Source: Sinorhizobium meliloti (GTDB lineage Bacteria > Pseudomonadota > Alphaproteobacteria > Rhizobiales > Rhizobiaceae). From it: 32,000 nt of DNA. The position numbers were made by a program, and so were the translations under genes. The stretch is taken from NCBI RefSeq assembly GCF_017876815.1, contig NZ_JAGIOS010000001.1, positions 1,590,001 through 1,622,000 on the forward strand. Reading direction: 5' to 3'. The stretch's first letter is position 1; each line of letters starts with the position of its first letter. Below, in pieces: positions 8,658-17,052 of the stretch. A model generated the notes under the pieces. It had not been told where the DNA came from, made no database searches, and worked only from the letters and a program-made list of their open reading frames with translations.

Positions 8658-9758
8658 TTAGCGGCCGATGCGGCCGTCGACGAGCGATTCCGACAGAGGT
8701 GCCGGCCGCTCGGTTTTCGTGCTGATGCTGACGGTGGTGCCGGTGTCGGCCGCCTTGTGGAACGCTTCCATGACCTCCAGCACGTGCAAGGCGAGATCTC
8801 CGTTTGCCCGGTGCGGCCGGCCCGAGCGGATGGCGTGTGCCATGTCGGCCACCCCGATCGAGCGGTAATTGCCGTCGGCATAGGGCTCGCTCGTCGCAGT
8901 CTGCTCGAAGGCGCCGCCCTTTTTCAGCAATTCGATCTGGCCGCCGAAATGGTTCGGATCCGGGACGATCAGCGTGCCCTCGGTTCCATAGAGCTCGAGC
9001 GGCACATGCCTGTGGCCCGCGACATCGAAGCTCATGCCGATCTGCACGACGGCTCCATTCTCGAAGGCCATGATGCCGGCGACATGGGTCGGCACGCGGA
9101 CGGGGATGCGTTCGCCGTTGCGCGCTTCACTGGTGATGGTCCGCTCCTTCCGGGCCGCCGTGGCAAAGCCGGCAACCTTGGAGACCGGGCCAAGGAGGTT
9201 GACGAGGTCTGTGATGTAGTAGGGACCCATGTCGAGCATCGGCCCGCCGCCGACGTCGTAATAGAAGTCCGGATTGGGATGCCAGCGCTCGTGGCCGGGG
9301 CACATGAAGGTGGCGGTGCCGCCGACGGGCGTGCCGAGCACGCCGGAATCGACGATTGCGCGCGCCGTCTGATGCGAGCCGCCGAGGAAGGTGTCGGGGG
9401 CGGCGCCGATCCGCAGGCCCTTCTCGCGAGCCATCGCCACCAGCTTGTGCCCGTCTGCGAAATCGGTGGCGAGCGGCTTTTCGGAATAGGTGTGCTTGCC
9501 GGCCTCGAGCGCCTGCATGGCGACTGTCACGTGCGCCTTCGGCACGGTCAGGTTGACGATGAGTTCGATCGAAGGGTCCGCGAGGAGATCGGCGACGTTG
9601 CGGGCCTCGACCTTGAACTCCGCAGCGCGCTCTTCGGCGAGACTGCGGTTCAGATCAGCGATCCCGCGGATGTCCAGGATCGGAAAGGCTGCCATCGCCT
9701 TCAGATAGGCCGACGAGATGTTGCCGCAGCCGATGATGCCGATACCGAGTTTTTCCAT
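8658..9758 (-). CDS. Gfo/Idh/MocA-family NAD(P)-dependent oxidoreductase (ThuB-like partner)
   Basis: N-terminal Rossmann motif GIGIIGCGNISSAYL and the EKPLA motif (YSEKPLATD). It lies 29 nt upstream of the ThuA-like gene on the same strand. Confidence 0.9.
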   Translation of the reverse strand: MEKLGIGIIGCGNISSAYLKAMAAFPILDIRGIADLNRSLAEERAAEFKVEARNVADLLADPSIELIVNLTVPKAHVTVAMQALEAGKHTYSEKPLATDFADGHKLVAMAREKGLRIGAAPDTFLGGSHQTARAIVDSGVLGTPVGGTATFMCPGHERWHPNPDFYYDVGGGPMLDMGPYYITDLVNLLGPVSKVAGFATAARKERTITSEARNGERIPVRVPTHVAGIMAFENGAVVQIGMSFDVAGHRHVPLELYGTEGTLIVPDPNHFGGQIELLKKGGAFEQTATSEPYADGNYRSIGVADMAHAIRSGRPHRANGDLALHVLEVMEAFHKAADTGTTVSISTKTERPAPLSESLVDGRIGR

Positions 9759-9800
9759 CAGTCTCCTCCCGAAATGGATAGATAAGTTCGGCGCGGCGCA

Positions 9801-11006
9801 TCAAAGCGCCGGCGCCGGTCCGGTCGTCCCCCAGGGGGACTCGTAGAGTTCGCAGAGCGCCACGACGGCCGCTCCCTGCGCCCAGGTCTCGTCGGCCGAT
9901 TCGTCGAAGACGAGTTCGGCGACCGTCGAGATCGAGGGCGGGATCGCGTTCTGAAAGGATCGGCGGATGCTCTCCACGAAGACGGTGCCGAGCGACAGGC
10001 TCGAACCGACGATGACGACGCGCGGCGGTCCGAACAGCGTGACGATGTTGGCGACGGCGAGCCCGATCGCTTCTCCGGCCCGCGAGGCGGTCGCGATCAG
10101 CGCGTCGTCCTCGGCTGCGATCAGCGTCTGCGCATGCGTCATGCCCCGCCCGAGGCGTACCGCCTCGGCGAACCGCCCGTCCATCGGGTGTTCGCCGAGA
10201 ATCGCGTTCTCCCCGGCGAGCGTCGAAAGGCGGACGGTGCGGCTCTCGCCGACCCCGAGCACGAGATCGCCCAGATTGTGGCTCAAGCCTCCGGCGCCTC
10301 GGAAAAGCTGGCCGCCATGCAGAACGCCGAGCCCGAGGGTCTGCTCCAGCGAGACGAGCACCATGTCGTCGAGGTCGCGGGCGCGCCCGAACCAGTGGTG
10401 CGCAAGCGTGATGGCGTGTGCGTCGCTCTCGACGATCGTCGCGACGTTGAGCCTGCTCGTCATCTCGCTTGCGAAATCGACGTCCGTTTCCCGGAAGATC
10501 GGGCTCGAGCGGACATGACCGGTGCGGTGTTCGACCACGCCCGGCAGGCCGATGCAGATAGAATCGATGTCGTCGAGCGAAAGGTCGGCGTCGACCACGC
10601 AGCGGCGCACGCCGTCCTCGATCAGATCGGCGATGACGGCGATCGGCTGGCGATCGACCCGGATCGGCAAAGTCAGGTCGGAGAGCACCTCGCCGCGGAA
10701 GTTGGTGACGGCGAAAACCATACGGTTGGCGGCGATCTTGGCGCCGACGACGCGAGCGGCCTCCGGGTCGAGCTCCAGCATGACGCGCGGCCGACCCCTT
10801 GCGGCCGCATTGCGGATATCGCCCTCGTGCCGGGTCAGGATGAGGCCGTCGTCAAGCAGCGACGCGGTGATCGCGGAAACGGTGGTCGTGGACAGTTCGG
10901 TGCGCTCGCTGATCTCGACGCGGGAAATAGGGCCGTGCCGGCGGATCGTATCGAGCACGTTGAAGCGATTTATCGCGCGCATCAGTTCGGGATCGGCGGT
11001 CTTCAT
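9801..11006 (-). CDS. ROK-family transcriptional regulator
   Basis: N-terminal winged HTH (MRAINRFNVLDTIRRHGPISRVEISERTELSTTTVSAITASLL) plus a ROK sugar-kinase-like body (IGLPGVV, DAHAITLAHHWFG). It is first in the minus-strand operon and divergent from the ABC transporter. Confidence 0.88.
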   Translation of the reverse strand: MKTADPELMRAINRFNVLDTIRRHGPISRVEISERTELSTTTVSAITASLLDDGLILTRHEGDIRNAAARGRPRVMLELDPEAARVVGAKIAANRMVFAVTNFRGEVLSDLTLPIRVDRQPIAVIADLIEDGVRRCVVDADLSLDDIDSICIGLPGVVEHRTGHVRSSPIFRETDVDFASEMTSRLNVATIVESDAHAITLAHHWFGRARDLDDMVLVSLEQTLGLGVLHGGQLFRGAGGLSHNLGDLVLGVGESRTVRLSTLAGENAILGEHPMDGRFAEAVRLGRGMTHAQTLIAAEDDALIATASRAGEAIGLAVANIVTLFGPPRVVIVGSSLSLGTVFVESIRRSFQNAIPPSISTVAELVFDESADETWAQGAAVVALCELYESPWGTTGPAPAL

Positions 11007-11237
11007 CGGTCTGCAGGATGCTCGCGTGCTCGATTGGCTGGCTGGGCGGGGTCAAATCATTTAGCAGGAATACGAATTAAATAACGGGCAATTAGCGTCC
11101 CCTGTCAAGCGGAGCGCCCGAAATATTCGCGGCGGCTGTTGACATTTGTCGGCATCTCCTCTGAATTAATCCGCATCGGGGACAAAATGAAGAGGACGTT
11201 TTGCCCCCTTCTGAAGGAAATATGGGAGGAGAAAGAT

Positions 11238-12542
11238 ATGATGCTCGAACGTGGGTCGGCGCCTCCGCGCGCAACCAGACTTTCTGCGCTTGCTGCAGTA
11301 GCCGGCATGGCGCTTCTCTTCGATGCGAGCCACGCATCCGCCGATACGGTGGTCAAGTGGCTTCATCTGGAGACTGTGCCGGCCTATGTGAAGATGTGGG
11401 AGGACATCGCTGCAAAGTACGAATCGGAACATGCGGGCGTCGATATTCAGCTCCAGTTCCTGGAAAACGAGGCATTCAAGGCGAAGCTGCCGACGCTCCT
11501 GCAGTCGGACGACGCGCCTCACTTCTTCTATAGCTGGGGCGGCGGCGTGCTGAAACAGCAATCCGAGACCGGCGCGCTCATGGATCTGACGGAAGCGATG
11601 CGCGCCGATGGCGGAGCCTGGGAGAAGAGCTACAATCCGGCTGCGCTCAAGGGCTTCACCTTTGACGACAGAATTTATGCGGTTCCCTTCAAAATGGGAA
11701 CGATCAGCTTCTTCTACAACAAGGAGCTCTTTCAGAAGGGCGGCGTCAAGGCCGAGGATATCAAGACCTGGGACGATTTCCTCACGGCGGTGAAGACGCT
11801 GAAGGAGGCCGGCATCACGCCGATCGCCGGCGGCGGCGGCGACAAGTGGCCGCTGCATTTCTACTGGAGCTATCTGGTGATGCGCAACGGCGGCCAGCAG
11901 GTCTTCGAGGATGCCAAGAACAACGAGGGCGAAGGCTTCCTGCAGCCGGCGATCATCAAGGCCGGCGAGCAGCTCGCCGAACTCGGCAAGCTCGAGCCGT
12001 TCCAGGGCGGCTATCTCGGAGCGAACTGGCCGCAGACGCTCGGCCTCTTCGGCGACGGCAAGGCGGCGATGATCCTGAGCTTCGAGAATACCGAAGCCAC
12101 CCAGCGCGCCAATTCCGGCGACGGCAAGGGCCTCGCAGCCGAGAATATCGGCCGCTTTCCCTTCCCCGCCGTTGAGGGCGGGGCGGGTGCCGCCACCGAC
12201 ACGCTGGGCGGTCTCAACGGGTGGGCGGTAACCAAGAATGCTCCGCCCGAAGCGCTCGATTTCCTGCGCTACCTGACCAATGCGGAAAACGAACGGTTGA
12301 TGGCGAGCGTCGGCATGATCGTCCCGGCGGCGGCAGGTGCCGAGGATGGCGTCACCAACCCGCTTGTGCGGGCTTCGGCCGACCAACTCGCAGCCTCGAC
12401 CTGGCACCAGAATTATTTCGACCAGGATCTCGGCCCTTCCGTCGGCCGCGTCGTGAACGATGCTTCCGTCGAGATCGTCTCCGGACAGATGTCCTCGGAA
12501 GAAGGCGCCCGGATGATCCAGGACGCCCGCGAACTCGAATGA
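11238..12542 (+). CDS. ABC transporter substrate-binding protein, family 1 (sugar)
   Basis: GGGAGGAG lies 6 nt upstream of ATG 11238. Signal peptide MMLERGSAPPRATRLSALAAVAGMALLFDASHASA/D, with an SBP_bac_1-like body. The upstream in-frame starts at 11139 and 11187 lack an SD and would give an aberrant signal peptide. Confidence 0.9.
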   Translation: MMLERGSAPPRATRLSALAAVAGMALLFDASHASADTVVKWLHLETVPAYVKMWEDIAAKYESEHAGVDIQLQFLENEAFKAKLPTLLQSDDAPHFFYSWGGGVLKQQSETGALMDLTEAMRADGGAWEKSYNPAALKGFTFDDRIYAVPFKMGTISFFYNKELFQKGGVKAEDIKTWDDFLTAVKTLKEAGITPIAGGGGDKWPLHFYWSYLVMRNGGQQVFEDAKNNEGEGFLQPAIIKAGEQLAELGKLEPFQGGYLGANWPQTLGLFGDGKAAMILSFENTEATQRANSGDGKGLAAENIGRFPFPAVEGGAGAATDTLGGLNGWAVTKNAPPEALDFLRYLTNAENERLMASVGMIVPAAAGAEDGVTNPLVRASADQLAASTWHQNYFDQDLGPSVGRVVNDASVEIVSGQMSSEEGARMIQDARELE

Positions 12543-12555
12543 GTGCGTAAGCGGC

Positions 12556-12576
12556 GGCGGCGGGGACCCCGCCGCC
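12556..12576 (+). other. GC-rich intercistronic hairpin between the SBP and permease genes
   Basis: GGCGGCGGGG-a-CCCCGCCGCC is a perfect 10-nt inverted repeat around a single nucleotide, 14 nt after the SBP stop. No U-tract follows. Confidence 0.5.
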
Positions 12577-12619
12577 CGGCCTTCCTTCGACCATTCGGAA
12601 CGACCTTTGCGAGGACCAG

Positions 12620-13558
12620 ATGACCGACGCGACTGCGACGATGACCGCGGTGCCGGCCACGGCAAGCCGCAAGAATGTGCGCTACAAGAGCCCGACCGTG
12701 CGCGGGCGCCTGCCGGTGCTCATCCTCTTCCTGCCGCCGGCCCTGCTGCTGTTCACGGTCTTCGTCATCCTGCCGATGGGAGAGGCGGCCTGGTACAGCC
12801 TCTATCGCTGGAACGGCTACGGAACCCCGACGCAGTTCGTGGGCCTGCGCAATTTCGAGGTGCTGTTCAACAATGCGGCCTTCTCGCGGGCGCTGATCAA
12901 CAACGGCATCATCATTCTCGTTTCGGTGCTCCTGCAGATTCCGCTCGCCCTCTGGCTTGCGATGATGCTCGCGCACAGGATCGCCGGCGTCGTCGCCTTC
13001 CGGCTGATCTTCTTTCTGCCCTACGTGCTGGCGGATGTCGCGGCCGGGCTCATCTGGCGCTTCGTCTATGATGGCGACTACGGGCTTGTGGCGGCGATCG
13101 CCGGCTTCTTCGGCGTGGCCACCCCTTACGTGCTGGCCGACCGCAGCCTTGCCATCTATGCGGTGCTTGCCGTCATCATCTGGAAATATTTCGGATTCCA
13201 CATGATGCTGTTCATCGCCGGCCTCCAGGCGGTCGACAGGAGCGTGCTCGAAGCTGCCGAGATCGACGGGGCGACCGGCTGGCAGAAATTCCGCTACGTG
13301 ACCCTGCCGCTCCTCGGCTCGACCGTCAGGCTGTCGATCTTCTTCGCCGTCATCGGATCGCTGCAACTCTTCGATCTCGTCATGCCCCTCACCGGCGGCG
13401 GGCCGTCGAACTCGACGCAGACCATGGTGACCTTCCTCTACACCTACGGCGTCACCCGCATGCAGGTGGGGCTCGGAAGCGCGGTCGGCGTGGTCCTCTT
13501 CGTCATCTGCGTCACCCTCGCCTTCGGCTACAAACGGATATTCATGCGCCATGACTGA
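12620..13558 (+). CDS. sugar ABC transporter permease (MalF/UgpA-like)
   Basis: 312 aa, multi-TM, with an EAA-type loop (LEAAEIDGATGWQKFRYVTLPLL). GAGGA lies 4 nt upstream of the ATG. Confidence 0.93.
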   Translation: MTDATATMTAVPATASRKNVRYKSPTVRGRLPVLILFLPPALLLFTVFVILPMGEAAWYSLYRWNGYGTPTQFVGLRNFEVLFNNAAFSRALINNGIIILVSVLLQIPLALWLAMMLAHRIAGVVAFRLIFFLPYVLADVAAGLIWRFVYDGDYGLVAAIAGFFGVATPYVLADRSLAIYAVLAVIIWKYFGFHMMLFIAGLQAVDRSVLEAAEIDGATGWQKFRYVTLPLLGSTVRLSIFFAVIGSLQLFDLVMPLTGGGPSNSTQTMVTFLYTYGVTRMQVGLGSAVGVVLFVICVTLAFGYKRIFMRHD

Positions 13559-14399
13559 CACGACTTCTTCCGTTCGCATGACCGCAGCCACCCGCCTCTA
13601 TCTCTATGTGTCGCTGTCGCTGGTGGCGATGCTGGTCTTGCTGCCCCTGGTGACCACGGCGCTCGGCGGCTTCAAGTCGCTCGGCGACCTGCGCGTCAAT
13701 CCTTTCGGCCTGCCTTCCGAATGGCTGTGGTCGAACTATCTCGATATCCTTTTCGGCGACCGCTACTGGCGGCAGATGCTGAACTCGCTGTTCATCGCGG
13801 CCATAACCGTGGTGCTGACCGTCATCGTTTCGGCCATGGCCGCCTTCACCTTCGCCCATGTCAGGTTCTTCGGCTCGAACCATTTGCTGAACTACTTCCT
13901 GATCGGGCTCATGTTCCCGGCGGCAACGGCGATCCTGCCGCTCTTCATCCGCATCCGCGATCTCGGTCTGCTCGATACCTATTGGGGCGTGATCCTGCCT
14001 CAGGTGGCCTTCGGCCTCGGCATGAGCATCCTGCTTTTCCGCAATTATTTCCGTAACCTGCCGGAAGAACTCTTCCAGGCCGCCTTCGTCGACGGCTGCG
14101 GCTACATCCGCTTCTTCTGGTACATTTCCCTGCCGCTTTCGCGCCCCATCGTCTCGACGGTCGGCATCATCACCTTCGTGCATAGCTGGAACAGCTACAT
14201 CCTGCCGCTGATCATGCTGAACACGGAGGCGAAATATCCCTGGCCACTCGGCATCATGGTCTATCGCGGCGAGTTCGGCACCGATTGGCAGCTCGTGCTC
14301 GCCTTCATCACGCTGACGATCCTGCCGACGGTGATCGTCTTCTTTCTCGCCCAGAAGCACATCATCGCAGGCCTCACGGCCGGCGCGGTGAAATCCTGA
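13551..14399 (+). CDS. sugar ABC transporter permease (MalG/UgpE-like)
   Basis: 282 aa, multi-TM, with EAA-type loop ELFQAAFVDGCGYIRFFWYISLPLSRP. Its start overlaps the upstream stop by 8 nt, consistent with translational coupling. Confidence 0.93.
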   Translation: MTDTTSSVRMTAATRLYLYVSLSLVAMLVLLPLVTTALGGFKSLGDLRVNPFGLPSEWLWSNYLDILFGDRYWRQMLNSLFIAAITVVLTVIVSAMAAFTFAHVRFFGSNHLLNYFLIGLMFPAATAILPLFIRIRDLGLLDTYWGVILPQVAFGLGMSILLFRNYFRNLPEELFQAAFVDGCGYIRFFWYISLPLSRPIVSTVGIITFVHSWNSYILPLIMLNTEAKYPWPLGIMVYRGEFGTDWQLVLAFITLTILPTVIVFFLAQKHIIAGLTAGAVKS

Positions 14400-14435
14400 G
14401 CCCTTCCCTGACGCATCGTTCCAAGGAGAAAGCAT

Positions 14436-15506
14436 ATGGCATCGGTCGAACTCAGGGACATCCGCAAGAGCTACGCTGCGCTCGAGGTGGTCCACGGCGT
14501 GTCTCTCTCGATCGCGGAGGGCGAATTCATCGCGCTCGTCGGTCCCTCCGGCTGCGGCAAATCCACGTTGCTGCGCATGATCGCCGGATTGGAAGAGATC
14601 AGCGACGGCGAGGTGCTGATCGGCGGCAAGGTGGTCAATCCGCTGACGCCGCGCGAGCGCAACATCGCCATGGTCTTCCAGTCCTACGCGCTCTACCCGC
14701 ACATGTCGGTCGCCGAGAACATGGGCTTCAACCTCAAGCTCTCCGGTCTCTCCCGTCCCGAGATCGACAAAAAGGTGGGCGAGGCGGCGCGCATGCTGGC
14801 GCTGACGGAGCTTCTCGATCGCAAGCCGAGTCAGCTTTCCGGCGGCCAGCGCCAGCGCGTCGCCATGGGACGGGCGATCGTCCGCGATCCGGCCGTCTTC
14901 CTGTTCGACGAACCGCTCTCCAATCTGGATGCCAAGCTCCGGGTACAGATGCGCACCGAGATCAAGGCCTTGCACCAGAAGGTCGCCACCACCTCGATCT
15001 ACGTGACTCACGACCAGATCGAGGCGATGACGCTCGCCGACCGCATCGTCGTCTTGAACGGCGGCAGGATCGAGCAGGTGGGCACACCGCTGGAGCTCTA
15101 TCGCACCCCGGCCAACCTCTTCGTGGCGGGTTTCATCGGTTCGCCGGCCATGAACGTGCTCGACGGAACGGTCGATGCCGATGACGGGGAGCCGGCGGTG
15201 CGCCTCGGCGACGGGTCGGCGATCCGCATCGCGCCCGAGCGCAAGGTGCGGCCCGGGCAGGCGGTCCGGATCGGTCTGCGCCCGGAACATTTCGTCGCAG
15301 GCGGGGAGGGCAATGCCATTGCCGGCCAGACGCTGCTGGTCGAGCCGACCGGTGCCCAGACGCATGTGCTCTTCGAATTCGCCGGCGAACAGATAACCGC
15401 CGTCGTCGACGGCGATCACCCGGCCCGCCACGGATCCCTCTTCAGGGCGGCGATGGACCGCAGCCAGGTCTATGTCTTCGACCGGCAGACGGGCGCGGCA
15501 CTCTGA
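14436..15506 (+). CDS. sugar ABC transporter ATP-binding protein (MalK/UgpC family)
   Basis: Walker [10 protein letters not shown], signature [10 protein letters not shown], Walker [12 protein letters not shown], and a C-terminal TOBE-like regulatory domain. AAGGAGA lies upstream. Confidence 0.95.
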   Translation: MASVELRDIRKSYAALEVVHGVSLSIAEGEFIALVGPSGCGKSTLLRMIAGLEEISDGEVLIGGKVVNPLTPRERNIAMVFQSYALYPHMSVAENMGFNLKLSGLSRPEIDKKVGEAARMLALTELLDRKPSQLSGGQRQRVAMGRAIVRDPAVFLFDEPLSNLDAKLRVQMRTEIKALHQKVATTSIYVTHDQIEAMTLADRIVVLNGGRIEQVGTPLELYRTPANLFVAGFIGSPAMNVLDGTVDADDGEPAVRLGDGSAIRIAPERKVRPGQAVRIGLRPEHFVAGGEGNAIAGQTLLVEPTGAQTHVLFEFAGEQITAVVDGDHPARHGSLFRAAMDRSQVYVFDRQTGAAL

Positions 15507-15701
15507 GCATCGCGCCCGGCCGCCCGCCGGGGCGGGCCCGTGTCCGTGTGAAGGCACATGCGAGCGAATTCGTCGGGCGTCTCAATCCTGCAACTGCCGG
15601 GCGCGAAATGGCTTGCCTTGATTTGAAAGGTGGTTTTGCTGTAATTCGGCCTATATTATCGCGTTGCGTTATGGTTCGCGGACAATATCGGGGGTAAAGA
15701 T

Positions 15702-16241
15702 ATGCGGGTTTCACATGCGGCGGCCGGGTTGGCGGTTGTACTTGCGCTAACCGGATGCCAGCGGACGTCCTTCGGTGGTTTCGGATCTCAGGATGTTTCT
15801 CGCGCTCCCGCTCCCCTGCAGGCGCAGCCCGTACCCTCCGTCTCGGCGGGGCAGCTGCCGCCTCCGGCCGGGGCGTCGCAGTTCCCGGCCGCACCGACGA
15901 CAGGCACCGCAGCGCCCGGCGCTGCTGCCGGCACGGAAGTGGCCGCAGCCACCAATGCGCTCGACGTGACGAAGGAATCGATGGTCGGCAACTGGCGCGT
16001 TTCGAGTGCCGGCAGCTCCTGCGACATGTTCCTGACGCTCACCAATCTCGGCAGCGGTTCGCGCGGCGGCACGCGCGGCTGCGCCGGCGAGCTGACGGCC
16101 ATGGGGTCGTGGGAAGTGGCGGGCAAGCAGGTCGTGCTCAAGGATCGCAGCGGCAATCCGATCGCCCGGCTCTACAAGACGGCCGATGCGCGCTTCGACG
16201 GCTCGACCAATGGCGGGCAGCCGGTCAGCCTCAGCCGCTAG
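15702..16241 (+). CDS. omp19: outer-membrane lipoprotein, Omp19-like (protease inhibitor Inh/AprI-like domain)
   Basis: Lipobox LALTG/C, an Ala/Pro-rich linker, and a C-terminal domain GNWRV...SCDMFLT...[23 protein letters not shown]...[17 protein letters not shown]. From memory this parallels the C-terminus of Brucella Omp19 (...RFDGQTTGGQAVTLSR). Confidence 0.75.
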   Translation: MRVSHAAAGLAVVLALTGCQRTSFGGFGSQDVSRAPAPLQAQPVPSVSAGQLPPPAGASQFPAAPTTGTAAPGAAAGTEVAAATNALDVTKESMVGNWRVSSAGSSCDMFLTLTNLGSGSRGGTRGCAGELTAMGSWEVAGKQVVLKDRSGNPIARLYKTADARFDGSTNGGQPVSLSR

Positions 16242-16346
16242 GGCGGAGGAGAAGTGTGTGCGGTTTCGCCCGCATCCCGCATCTCAACTTGCAGGAATCG
16301 ATCACGTTCATGATTTTAGGTCGATCCGACCTAAAATCATCGTGAT
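16242..16346 (-). repeat. Bipartite palindromic intergenic element, copy a (inverted orientation relative to 26152-26230)
   Basis: Perfect 13-bp stem TGATTTTAGGTCG-atc-CGACCTAAAATCA (16311-16339), flanked by ATCACG/CGTGAT. The second module, 16242-16280, is the reverse complement of GCGGGATGCGGGCGAAACCGCACAC.... The element starts 1 nt after the omp19 stop. Confidence 0.8.
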
Positions 16347-16458
16347 TAGCGCTGCTTGAGCTAGCTGTGCGTGGGCTTTCCGCCCGCGTTGCCTCATCCG
16401 ATAACGTTCTCGAACCCCTCTGTTGCGCTCTCCATGTGCAGCGTGTTACGTATCGCGT

Positions 16459-16737
16459 ATGATTCAAAGCTTCGGGAACAAGGAGACTGAAGCAGTGTTC
16501 AAGCGGCAGCGAACGCGCCGCTTTGGCGCGTTTCAGAAACCCGCTCTCGTGAAGCTTCTCATGCTTCACGCGGCTACGCGCATCGAGGATTTGCGTGTTC
16601 CGCCCGGCAATCGGCTGGAAGCGCTGAAAGGTGATCGGGCGGGGCAGTATTCGATCCGCATTAACCAGCAATGGCGGATTTGCTTCCGCTTCGAGAACGG
16701 AGACGCCTACGATGTCGAAATCAGCGACTATCATTGA
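16459..16737 (+). CDS. higB: type II toxin HigB-like (RelE/ParE superfamily, plasmid-maintenance killer protein)
   Basis: 92 aa, MIQSFGNKETEAVFKRQRTRRF...LEALKGDRAGQYSIRINQQWRICFRFENGDAYDVEISDYH, the classic HigB/killer-protein signature, located upstream of its antitoxin. Confidence 0.85.
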   Translation: MIQSFGNKETEAVFKRQRTRRFGAFQKPALVKLLMLHAATRIEDLRVPPGNRLEALKGDRAGQYSIRINQQWRICFRFENGDAYDVEISDYH

Positions 16738-17011
16738 TCCTATCATGCCCGGCGAAATCCTCGCCAGCGAGTTTCTCGAGCCGATGAATATCAGCGCCCG
16801 CAAGCTGGCGGGTCATATCGGCGTTCCGGCGAACCGGATCACCGAGATCATCAAGGGACGCCGGAGCATTACCGGCGATACGGCTCTGCGGCTTTCCAAG
16901 GCCTTTGGTACGACGCCGGAATTCTGGATCAATCTCCAAAGCCATTATGAACTGGAACGCGCGCGTGATGCCGCAGGTGATCTGAGCATTTCTCCGCTTC
17001 ACGCCGCATGA
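16712..17011 (+). CDS. higA: HigA-family antitoxin (Xre-type HTH)
   Basis: PGEILASEFLEPMNISARKLAGHIGVPANRITEIIKGRRSITGDTALRLSKAFGTTPEFWINLQ matches the HigA/VapI HTH pattern. GGAG lies 10 nt upstream of ATG 16712, giving a 26-nt overlap with higB. An alternative start is ATG 16745. Confidence 0.85.
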   Translation: MSKSATIIDPIMPGEILASEFLEPMNISARKLAGHIGVPANRITEIIKGRRSITGDTALRLSKAFGTTPEFWINLQSHYELERARDAAGDLSISPLHAA

Positions 17012-17052
17012 TGGACCAGAGCCGCAAAACCACGAAACGATAGAAGCGCATC

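Noticed and set aside
15516-15560. GC-rich inverted repeat GCCCGCC-gg-GGCGGGC after the ABC ATPase gene as a terminator.
   Set aside because: The stem is effectively only 5-6 bp once a viable loop is allowed, and no U-tract follows. That is too weak to call.
15618-15656. Sigma-70-like promoter TTGATT-N16-TGTAAT, and a CTATAT box, upstream of omp19. Also TTGACA at 11139-11144 upstream of the SBP gene.
   Set aside because: These are hexamer matches only. The spacing to CTATAT has no acceptable -35, and the TTGACA has a poor -10 (TGAATT). Without TSS data they are not supportable as features.
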